DNA of 64,000 nucleotides from an uncultured Chloroflexia bacterium (GTDB lineage: Bacteria; Chloroflexota; Limnocylindria; Limnocylindrales; CSP1-4), in contig CAVVCZ010000001.1 of the NCBI GenBank assembly GCA_963746845.1, positions 64,001-128,000 of the forward strand, in the 5' to 3' direction. Positions 56,306 through 64,000 of this stretch are shown in pieces (within the stretch, counting starts at the first letter, position 1; the number at the start of each line of letters is the position of its first letter). The notes under the pieces were generated by a model. It made no database searches, was not told the origin of the DNA, and saw only the letters and a program-made list of their open reading frames with translations. A program made the position numbers and the translations under genes.

Positions 56306-57211
56306 TTGAAGCGCTCGAATCGGCTTGTCCTGCTCGTCGGGGTGTTCCTGGCGGTCGTTGCGTTCGTGGGAATCGCTCTGTTGCTGAGCAACGGAAACAG
56401 CACCTCGAACCCCAACACTGCGGCCCCGACACAGCTTCCGACTGTCATCGCGAAGCAGGACATCAACCTCGGGGTGACTGTGACCGCAGACATGGTCGAG
56501 ACGCAGACGCTCGACGTGACCAACCGCAAGGCGACCGCGTTCGGTGATCCGAGCCAGGTCGTCGGGCAGGTCGCGCGCCGGCCGATCAAGGCCACCGCGC
56601 AGCTCGAGAGCGCCGACTTCGACACGAGCGGCACGGGCGTCTCCACGGTGACCGTCCCGCCCGGCATGCGCGCGATCTCCGTCCAGGTCGACCAGGTCTC
56701 CGGCGTCGGCACCGTGATCAACACGGGCGACTACGTCGACCTCCTCGTCGGCTTCACCGGTGACAAGTTCCCCGTCGTGACCGTCAACCCGCAGGACGAC
56801 TCGATCAGCGTCGTGAGCGGCCTGAACGGGACGAGCGTCAAGCTCCTCCTCGAGGGCATGCAGGTCCTCGGCCGGCAGCTCCCGCCGCCGACCACGACCC
56901 AGGCCCAGCAGCCGGCCGACAACGGTCAGACCGGCAGCGGTCAGCCGACGACGTCGCTCAACGGCCAGCAGGAGATCGTCATCCTCGCCGTGACCCCGTC
57001 CCAGGCAGAGGTGATCAAGTTCGCCCAGCTGGACGGCTCGGTCAGCCTGATCCTCCGCTCCTCGAAGGACTTCGTGGACGACTCCGGCAACGCGGTTGTC
57101 ACGCCACCGAGCGGCACCGAGGGCGTCACGCTCAAGAAGCTCACCACGGACTTCGCGGTTCCGATCCCGGAGCTCGTCGAGGCCATCCTCCCCGCCCAGG
57201 CCCGCCGCTAG
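56306..57211 (+). CDS. cpaB: Flp pilus assembly protein CpaB/RcpC
   Basis: TTG start after GGGGAG; N-terminal TM, SAF-like region, PPGMRAISV...GDYVDLL, LILRS. Confidence 0.88.
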   Translation: MKRSNRLVLLVGVFLAVVAFVGIALLLSNGNSTSNPNTAAPTQLPTVIAKQDINLGVTVTADMVETQTLDVTNRKATAFGDPSQVVGQVARRPIKATAQLESADFDTSGTGVSTVTVPPGMRAISVQVDQVSGVGTVINTGDYVDLLVGFTGDKFPVVTVNPQDDSISVVSGLNGTSVKLLLEGMQVLGRQLPPPTTTQAQQPADNGQTGSGQPTTSLNGQQEIVILAVTPSQAEVIKFAQLDGSVSLILRSSKDFVDDSGNAVVTPPSGTEGVTLKKLTTDFAVPIPELVEAILPAQARR

Positions 57212-57369
57212 CCGGCCCAGGCCCCACCGCCGGTCGCGAGAGCTACCGGTCGACTCGAGCCAAAGCGCGACGGGCGCGTCGGACTCCGGTCCCCGCGCCC
57301 GTCCAACGCTCCGGGGACCCGATCCCCGGCCATCCCCCCAGCAGCGAGATCCATCGGAACCCCTGACGA

Positions 57370-58629
57370 ATGGCCGACCAGATCCGCGTCCTGATCGTGG
57401 ACGACATCCCGGAGACCCGCGACCACCTCACGAAGCTTCTCGGGTTCGAGAGCGACATCGAGGTGGTCGGGTCCGCCGCTTCCGGCAGCGAGTCGCTGTC
57501 GATGGCGGGCGAGCTGCTCCCGGACGTCGTCCTCATGGACATCAACATGCCCGACATGGACGGCATCGCCGCGACGGAGAAGCTCTCCTCCGAGGTGCCG
57601 ACCGCGTCTGTCGTGATGATGTCCGTCCAGGGCGAAGCCGACTACCTTCGTCGGTCGATGCTCGCGGGGGCCCGCGAGTTCCTCGTCAAGCCGTTCAGCA
57701 GCGACGAGCTGACGGCGTCGATCCGGCAGGTCTACACGCGTGAACAGGAGAAGATCAGCCGGATGGCCGTCGCGCCGATCGCGACCGGGACCCCGGCCGG
57801 CGGTGGCGGTGGCGGCGGCGACGACGGCAAGGACGGCCAGGTCGTCGCGATCTTCAGCCCGAAGGGCGGCGTCGGCCGGACCACGGTCGCGGTCAACCTC
57901 GCGGTCGCGGCCGCGACAGAGCTCGGCAAGTCGGTCGTGCTCGTCGACGGCTCGTTCCAGTTCGGGGACGTCGGCGTCCTGCTCAACCTGAACCCGAAGA
58001 ACAAGTCGATCGCGGACCTCGTGCCGGAGCTCGAAGCCGGCGAGCCGGAGTCGCTCGACACATTCATCATCAACCACTCCGCCGGGATCCGGGTGCTGCT
58101 CGCCCCGCCGTCCCCGGAGATGGCCGAGCTGATCACCCCGTCCGGCGTCCGCCGCGTCCTCGACGCGCTCCGGCGCGGCCACGACCTCGTGATCGTCGAC
58201 TGCACCTCGTGGTTCAACGAGACCACGCTCGCGATCCTCGATGCGGCAGACGTCGTCCTGACGATGCTCAGCCTCGAGATCACGAGCATCAAGAACATGC
58301 GGCTGTTCCTGGAAGTCGCCGAGCAGCTCGGCTACGACCAGCAGAAGGTCAAGCTCGTCCTCAACCGGGCGGACTCCAGCCTCGGCATCCGCGTCTCCGA
58401 CGTGGAGAGCTCGATCGGCCGCAAGGTCGATCACACGATCGTCAGCGACGGACGGTCCGTCGTGTACGCCCTGAATCGGGGCGTACCGTTCTTCCTCTCG
58501 AACCGGGAGGCGCAGGTCTCCCAGGACATCCTCCGTCTCGCCCAGTCCATCTCCGGGGAACGGGTCGCTGCCCCGCGAGAGGACGACCGCAAGGCGGCGC
58601 AGAAGAAGTCTCTGTTCTCATTCCGATGA
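57370..58629 (+). CDS. cpaE: CpaE/TadZ (receiver + MinD/ParA-like ATPase)
   Basis: REC domain VDD..LMDINMP; SPKGGVGRTT; LVLNR. Confidence 0.88.
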   Translation: MADQIRVLIVDDIPETRDHLTKLLGFESDIEVVGSAASGSESLSMAGELLPDVVLMDINMPDMDGIAATEKLSSEVPTASVVMMSVQGEADYLRRSMLAGAREFLVKPFSSDELTASIRQVYTREQEKISRMAVAPIATGTPAGGGGGGGDDGKDGQVVAIFSPKGGVGRTTVAVNLAVAAATELGKSVVLVDGSFQFGDVGVLLNLNPKNKSIADLVPELEAGEPESLDTFIINHSAGIRVLLAPPSPEMAELITPSGVRRVLDALRRGHDLVIVDCTSWFNETTLAILDAADVVLTMLSLEITSIKNMRLFLEVAEQLGYDQQKVKLVLNRADSSLGIRVSDVESSIGRKVDHTIVSDGRSVVYALNRGVPFFLSNREAQVSQDILRLAQSISGERVAAPREDDRKAAQKKSLFSFR

Positions 58630-58676
58630 TGTCGTCGGTCACAGCAGCCCAAGCGGCGCGATAAGGGGTTGATGCA

Positions 58677-60092
58677 ATGTCACTGCTGAAGCGGATCGAG
58701 AGCGCTCGACCGGGCACGGGGCCGGCTCCGGCCACGCCCGGAGTGCCGGCTGCCCCGGGCGGCCCGGCCGTCCCGACCGGACCGAGCGGGTCCGCGCCTC
58801 CGGCCCAGCGCCTGATGACCCAGGCACCGGTCCGTGAGTCGTTCCGCGACGTCAAGTTCCGGATCCAGAGCCGGGTCATCCAGGACCTGGACCCGAAGCT
58901 CGACCTGAGCAACCAGGTCGAGGTCCGGCGCCAGATCGAGGAGATCTTCGGCAAGGTCATCGACGAGGAAGGCCTCGCGCTGACCCGCGCCGAGCGCGTC
59001 CGGATGCTCGAGCAGATCACCGACGAGATCATCGGCCTCGGCCCGTTGGAGCCCCTCCTCCGTGACGAGTCGATCTCGGAGGTCATGGTCAACGGCCCGC
59101 GCCAGGTCTACATCGAACGCTCGGGCAAGCTCGAGCTGACGAACGTCGTCTTCCAGAACGACGACCACGTCATGCGGATCATCGACCGGATCATCGCGCC
59201 GATCGGTCGCCGCGTCGACGAGTCCTCGCCGATGGTCGACGCCCGCCTGACCGACGGCTCGCGCGTCAACGCGATCATCCCGCCCCTGTCGCTCGTCGGC
59301 CCGGTCATCACGATCCGGAAGTTCTCGGCGTCGCCGTTCACCGTCGACGACCTGGTCCGGTTCGGCACCGCGACCCCGGACATGTTCGACTTCCTCCGCG
59401 CCTGCGTGGAGGCCCGCCTGAACATCTTCGTGTCCGGCGGCACGGGCTCCGGCAAGACGACGACCCTGAACGTCCTCTCCTCGTTCATCCCGAACGACGA
59501 GCGGATCGTCACGATCGAGGACGCCGCCGAGCTTCAGCTCCGCCAGGAGCACGTGGTGACCCTCGAGTCGCGCCCGCCGAACATCGAAGGCAAGGGCGCC
59601 ATCCCGATCCGCGAGCTCGTCCGGAACTCCCTCCGGATGCGGCCCGACCGGATCATCGTCGGAGAGTGCCGCGCCGGCGAGGCGCTGGACATGCTCCAGG
59701 CGATGAACACCGGCCACGACGGATCGATGTCGACCGGCCACGCCAACAGCCCCCGCGACATGCTCGCCCGGCTCGAGACGATGGTCCTCATGGCCGGCGT
59801 CGACCTCCCGGTCCGCGCCATCCGCGAGCAGATCGCCTCGGCGGTCGACCTCATCGTCCAGCAGAGCCGCCTCAAGGACGGGACCCGGAAGATCGTCAAC
59901 ATCACCGAGGTCCAGGGCATGGAAGGCGACGTCATCGTCATGCAGGACGTCTTCGTCTTCGAGCAGACCGGTGTCGTCGAGGGGAAGATCCAGGGCCGCC
60001 TGAAGGCGACCGGGATCCGGCCCAAGTTCGTCGAGAAGTTCGAGGTGATGGGCATCCATCTGCCTCCGGGCCTCTTCGGCTTCAGCTACTGA
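58677..60092 (+). CDS. cpaF: Tad pilus ATPase CpaF/TadA
   Basis: GGTGSGKTT, TIEDAAEL, LRMRPDRIIVGECR, MNTGHDGS. Confidence 0.95.
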   Translation: MSLLKRIESARPGTGPAPATPGVPAAPGGPAVPTGPSGSAPPAQRLMTQAPVRESFRDVKFRIQSRVIQDLDPKLDLSNQVEVRRQIEEIFGKVIDEEGLALTRAERVRMLEQITDEIIGLGPLEPLLRDESISEVMVNGPRQVYIERSGKLELTNVVFQNDDHVMRIIDRIIAPIGRRVDESSPMVDARLTDGSRVNAIIPPLSLVGPVITIRKFSASPFTVDDLVRFGTATPDMFDFLRACVEARLNIFVSGGTGSGKTTTLNVLSSFIPNDERIVTIEDAAELQLRQEHVVTLESRPPNIEGKGAIPIRELVRNSLRMRPDRIIVGECRAGEALDMLQAMNTGHDGSMSTGHANSPRDMLARLETMVLMAGVDLPVRAIREQIASAVDLIVQQSRLKDGTRKIVNITEVQGMEGDVIVMQDVFVFEQTGVVEGKIQGRLKATGIRPKFVEKFEVMGIHLPPGLFGFSY

Positions 60093-60111
60093 GCACGGAG
60101 GAGGCCTCGGA

Positions 60112-61125
60112 ATGCCAGTCATGACGCTCGTCGTCGCGGGCGTCGCAGCGGCCGCGATCTTCCTGATCGCGATCGGCATCGCGACGTCCGGCAGCGGCTC
60201 CGGGGTGAGCGCACGCCTCGAGCGGTATGCGTCGGCTCGCCAGAGCGGCAAGCCCGAGGCGTCCGGCCAGGGCGGTCTCGCCGACCTGCTCGCGCAGTCC
60301 GTCGCTCTCGCCCAGCTGAACCGGGTCGTCGAACAGCGCGACTTCGGGGCGAACCTCGCCCGCGACATCGCCCGGGCCGACCTGAAGCTCAAGCCGTCCG
60401 AGTTCCTGGCGATCTGGGGTGCCGCGATCGTCGGCATCCCGATCCTGTTCGTCCTCGTGTCGGTCGCCCTGCCGGCGCTCCGCAGCCCGATCGCGCTGCT
60501 CGTCGGGGCGTTCCTCGGGTTCTGGCTGCCGCGCTTCTGGCTCGGTCGCCGCAAGGCCGGCCGGCTGAACGCGTTCAACAAGCAGCTGCCCGACACGATC
60601 ACCCTCCTCGCGAACGGCCTCCGCGCCGGCTCGTCGTTCCTCCAGGCCGTCGAGCTCGTCGTCCGCGAGTCGCGGCCGCCGATGTCGACCGAGTTCAGCC
60701 GCGTCATCCGCGAGGTCAACCTCGGCCTGCCGTTCGAGCAGGCGATGGAGAACATGGTCCGCCGCGTCCGGTCCGACGACCTGGAGCTGATGGCGACCGC
60801 GATCAACATCCAGCACACCGTCGGCGGCAACCTCGCCGAGATCCTCGACTCGATCGCGTTCACGATCCGCGAGCGGATCCGGATCAAGGGCGAGATCCGC
60901 ACCCTCACCGCCCAGCAGCGACTGTCGGGCTACGTCGTCGGCTTCCTGCCGATCGGCCTCGCCGGGTTCCTGTTCATCGCGGCACCGCACTTCATGGACC
61001 CGATGTTCCAGAAGCCGCCGGAGGCCCTCGGGCTGCCGCTCGGCATGGTCATCCTGTTCTTCGGCGGTTTCATGATGTTCATCGGCTTCATGCTGATCCG
61101 CCGCATCGTCGACATCGAGGTCTAG
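60112..61125 (+). CDS. tadB: Tad pilus inner-membrane protein TadB
   Basis: QLPDTI.LLANGLRAG, GGNLAEILD; T2SSF fold. Confidence 0.9.
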   Translation: MPVMTLVVAGVAAAAIFLIAIGIATSGSGSGVSARLERYASARQSGKPEASGQGGLADLLAQSVALAQLNRVVEQRDFGANLARDIARADLKLKPSEFLAIWGAAIVGIPILFVLVSVALPALRSPIALLVGAFLGFWLPRFWLGRRKAGRLNAFNKQLPDTITLLANGLRAGSSFLQAVELVVRESRPPMSTEFSRVIREVNLGLPFEQAMENMVRRVRSDDLELMATAINIQHTVGGNLAEILDSIAFTIRERIRIKGEIRTLTAQQRLSGYVVGFLPIGLAGFLFIAAPHFMDPMFQKPPEALGLPLGMVILFFGGFMMFIGFMLIRRIVDIEV

Positions 61126-61128
61126 CCG

Positions 61129-62076
61129 ATGCCAGCCTTCATCCCGATCCTCATCGCCGCCGCTGCCGCGGGGGCCATCCTGCTGATCGCCCTCGGGCTT
61201 GCCGGCGGCTCGCCCGTCGATCCGGTCCAGGCCCGCCTGACCCAGCTCGGCACGATGCAGGCGAAGAACCTCGAGGAGCTGGAGCTGCAGGCTCCGTTCC
61301 TCGAGCGCACCCTGCGTCCGATCGCGGCCCAGCTGTCGGGCCGGCTGTCGCGGGTCGCGAGCAGCTCGTTCCAGGAGCGGACCGAGAAGCGGCTCGCCCT
61401 GGCCGGCAACCCGGGCAACCTCCGGGTCGCCGACTGGCTCGGCATCAAGGCCGTCTCGGCGGTCGTCGGTGCGGTCCTGTTCCTGCTCCTGTTCGGCGTC
61501 GTCGGTCTCCTCGGGCTGCCGCCCGTCCTGCGCCTCCTCATGGGCGCGATCGGGCTGATGTTCGGGTACACGATCCCGGAGTTCTGGCTTGGCGGGCGCG
61601 TCAAGAAGCGCCAGCACCTGATCCTGCTCCAGATCCCGGACACGCTCGACCTGCTGACGATCTCGGTCCGCGCCGGTCTCGGCTTCGACGCCGCGCTCGG
61701 CAAGGTCGTCGAGAAGATGGAAGGCCCGCTCGTCGACGAGTTCCGTCGGGCGCTGGCCGAGGTCCGGGTCGGCAAGGCGCGCCGCGAGGCGCTCCGCGAC
61801 ATCGTCCCCCGGACCGAGGTCCCGCCGCTGACGAACTTCATCGGCGCGATCATCCAGGCCGAGCAGCTGGGTGTCTCGATCAGCAAGGTGCTCCAGGTCC
61901 AGTCGGAGCAGCTCCGGATCGAGCGCCGCCAGCGCGCAGAGGAGCAGGCGGCGAAGGCGCCGATCAAGATGCTGTTCCCGCTCGTCGGGTGCATCTTCCC
62001 GTCGCTGTTCATCGTCATCCTCGGCCCGGCGATCATCCTGATCATGCAGAACCTGACGGCGACCCCGGGCACGTGA
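61129..62076 (+). CDS. tadC: Tad pilus inner-membrane protein TadC
   Basis: PDTLDLL..SV.AGLGFD, QAEQLG, AAKAPIKMLFPL. Confidence 0.9.
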   Translation: MPAFIPILIAAAAAGAILLIALGLAGGSPVDPVQARLTQLGTMQAKNLEELELQAPFLERTLRPIAAQLSGRLSRVASSSFQERTEKRLALAGNPGNLRVADWLGIKAVSAVVGAVLFLLLFGVVGLLGLPPVLRLLMGAIGLMFGYTIPEFWLGGRVKKRQHLILLQIPDTLDLLTISVRAGLGFDAALGKVVEKMEGPLVDEFRRALAEVRVGKARREALRDIVPRTEVPPLTNFIGAIIQAEQLGVSISKVLQVQSEQLRIERRQRAEEQAAKAPIKMLFPLVGCIFPSLFIVILGPAIILIMQNLTATPGT

Positions 62077-62519
62077 TCGAGCCCGGCACCGCGCCGGAAC
62101 CCACGCACGCCGCCGAACCGGACCCGGACGCACCGCGCGTCGACGGGTCCGGCGGCCTGGCCGTCCGGAACGTCAGCCGCGGGACCGTTCTCGCGGCCGA
62201 CGTCGAGACGGCCGCGGGGCTCTGGGGCAAGTTCATGGGCCTGATGGGCCGGCCGTCGCTGCCGGCCGGGGCCGCCCTGTGGCTGCCGGACAGCAACGGC
62301 ATCCACATGATGTTCATGCGGTTCGCGATCGACGCGATCTTCGTCGGCCGGCCGGACGGCGTCGATGGCTCGCGCACGGTGGTGTCCGTCCACGAGCACT
62401 TGCCCGCGTGGCGCGGGTTGGTCCCGCTCGTCCGAGCGGCCCACGGCGTGCTGGAGCTGCCCGCCGGCACGATCGCCGCGACGGGCACGACGGTCGGAGA
62501 CCGCCTGCTCCTGAGCTGA
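62073..62519 (+). CDS. DUF192 family protein
   Basis: GLMGR, IHMMFMRFAIDAIFV, VLELPAG; GTGA overlap with tadC. Confidence 0.85.
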   Translation: MIEPGTAPEPTHAAEPDPDAPRVDGSGGLAVRNVSRGTVLAADVETAAGLWGKFMGLMGRPSLPAGAALWLPDSNGIHMMFMRFAIDAIFVGRPDGVDGSRTVVSVHEHLPAWRGLVPLVRAAHGVLELPAGTIAATGTTVGDRLLLS

Positions 62520-62688
62520 GGCGGCCCTCGCCCGCGCCGCGCCGGGCCCCGCCCCGGTCGCGCCGCGCGCTCCGCCCGCGCGCCCCGGTCGCCCGCCAAC
62601 TTCTCAGGCGTGGCTCACGCCCACGCGAGCACAGGAAACCCTGCGATGCGTGGTCGTGGCCCTCGCATGACAAGGCCCGGAAGGCAGC

Positions 62689-63408
62689 TCACGCTCGATC
62701 GGCGCGCCGAGGGCGCCTGACCTGCGTTCTCGCGTGGGACACAGCCACAGGCGTGACGAACCACAGCCCGGCGAAGTCACTCGTCGGCGACCGGAGCCAG
62801 CCACGGGTCGCCACGGAGTCCACGGGAAAGGTCGCGTCGAAGACGGCGCGATGGCGCCGGACGACCGACCGATTGGCAGCCGTCCCGGTCACCACGAGGA
62901 TCCGGCCGAGTCGCGCTCGGTCCCAACCCCGCTCTCGCGCGACGCTCGACGGCACCACGCGGACCTTCCGCGACATCGACATCAGCATCGACTGGAGGTC
63001 CGTCAGCGCGGTCTTCGCCTCGACAATGAGCAGGGCACGAAACTCGGGCTGCCACGCAAGCACGTCCACCGAACCGCGATCTCCGTACTCATTGAACGTG
63101 AACTCGGGCTCGACGAACCAGCCTGCATTCTTGAGCTCGCGGGTCACCCGCTCGACGATCGAGGCGTGTCCGCGATCGAGCAACCGGTCGACCGCGCCGC
63201 CGCGCCAACGCGCCTCCACGACAAGCTCGACCCCGAGTCTCGCACTGAGCCGGCGCGCGGTTCGTAGCGATACCGCCTCCAGCCGGCCGGCTTCGAGATC
63301 CGTCATGACGGATCGATCGACGTCGATCGGACCGGCCACGTCCTGCTGGCGGAGTCCGCGATCGATGCGCACGGCGCGAACGATCCGGCCGACACGGGCG
63401 TCGTTCAT
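62689..63408 (-). CDS. XRE-family HTH fused to a PD-(D/E)xK nuclease-like domain
   Basis: RAVRIDRGLRQQDVA...LEAG; EFTF..GDRGSVDVL...IVEAKT. Confidence 0.68.
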   Translation of the reverse strand: MNDARVGRIVRAVRIDRGLRQQDVAGPIDVDRSVMTDLEAGRLEAVSLRTARRLSARLGVELVVEARWRGGAVDRLLDRGHASIVERVTRELKNAGWFVEPEFTFNEYGDRGSVDVLAWQPEFRALLIVEAKTALTDLQSMLMSMSRKVRVVPSSVARERGWDRARLGRILVVTGTAANRSVVRRHRAVFDATFPVDSVATRGWLRSPTSDFAGLWFVTPVAVSHARTQVRRPRRADRA

Positions 63409-63528
63409 CCGGGCATCGTCGCCGGTGGCGCTTCACCACCGCTTCGCCGCCGGTGCACGGCGAATTGCGTGAGCGCGGGTGAAGCCGTAGCGAACCGGGC
63501 GATACGACGGACGCGCGATGCTCGGGCG

Positions 63529-64000
63529 ATGGCGACCCGGATGGTGACGCGCGCACTCGATGTCGCCTTCCCCGCCCGGTGTCCCGGGTGCGGCCGCGAG
63601 GGCGCGCCGATCTGCCGCGACTGTCTTCCCGCGCTCGACGCGCGGCTCGATCGGCCGGCCGGCGTCTCGATCGGGTTGCCGTCCGATGTCCCGGCGCCGC
63701 TCCTCCAGCTGGAGTGGTGCGCGCCGTTCGGTGGCCTGGTGCGGCGCGCCCTCCACGAGCTGAAATACGGCGGCGAGACCCGCCTGGCGGAGCCGCTCGG
63801 CGAGGCCGTCGCCCGGCGCTGGGCGCGTGCGGGCGCCGGCGGCGACCTGCTCGTGCCGGTGCCGGTCCACGCGGAGCGGCGGCGTCACCGGGGATACGAC
63901 CAGGCGGAGCTGATCGGGGCCGCCGCGGCTCGCGCCCTTCGCCTCCCGATGGCGCCCATCCTCCGGCGCGCGCGCGCCACGACCGCCCAGTTCGACCTCG
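63529..64000 (+). CDS. comF: ComF-family zinc-ribbon phosphoribosyltransferase (truncated by window end)
   Basis: FPARCPGCG..ICRDC, LHELKYGG, VPVPVH..RRR.RGYDQAEL. Confidence 0.85.
   Translation, partial: MATRMVTRALDVAFPARCPGCGREGAPICRDCLPALDARLDRPAGVSIGLPSDVPAPLLQLEWCAPFGGLVRRALHELKYGGETRLAEPLGEAVARRWARAGAGGDLLVPVPVHAERRRHRGYDQAELIGAAAARALRLPMAPILRRARATTAQFDL

Noticed and set aside
57856-57885. Walker A Lys-to-Arg change (KGGVGRT) in CpaE
   Set aside because: Degenerate Walker A motifs are common in TadZ/CpaE proteins.
56306-62076. Missing secretin, prepilin peptidase and TadE as a novelty
   Set aside because: No secretin is expected in monoderms; the other genes are often encoded elsewhere.
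62689-63408. Mobile element or defence system
   Set aside because: No transposase, terminal repeats, target duplication or partner methylase visible.

Overview
High-GC (~70%) bacterial window, probably a monoderm Chloroflexota-type genome (inferred from gene content: Tad pilus without secretin, many GT-C glycosyltransferases). It has three blocks. (1) 1-7.5 kb is a candidate undescribed peptide/c-di-GMP signalling cassette: a MalT-like STAND-TPR-BTAD regulator, a sigma70 promoter, a c-di-GMP-II riboswitch, two tiny ORFs missed by the ORF track (10 aa and a 29-aa signal-peptide-like precursor), a membrane HD-GYP phosphodiesterase (two apparent frameshifts) and a DUF5317-like domain fused to an MFS transporter. 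The regulator sensor, peptides and receptor domain lie in one lower-GC patch, reminiscent of agr-type specificity cassettes. (2) 9.7-51 kb is a very large envelope-glycosylation locus with about 17 polytopic GT-C-type genes (about 11 GT87/DUF2029-like), three GT2s, a GT4, nucleotide-sugar enzymes, tailoring enzymes and a modular subtilase with identical internal repeats. (3) 51-64 kb holds a DegS/DegU-like system whose regulator has a Cle-like c-di-GMP-binding motif, a degenerate second kinase, five tandem Flp pilins (four with their own promoter and terminator), cpaB-cpaE-cpaF-tadB-tadC, DUF192, an XRE-nuclease-like gene and a truncated comF. All family calls are by-eye motif recognition; no searches were run.
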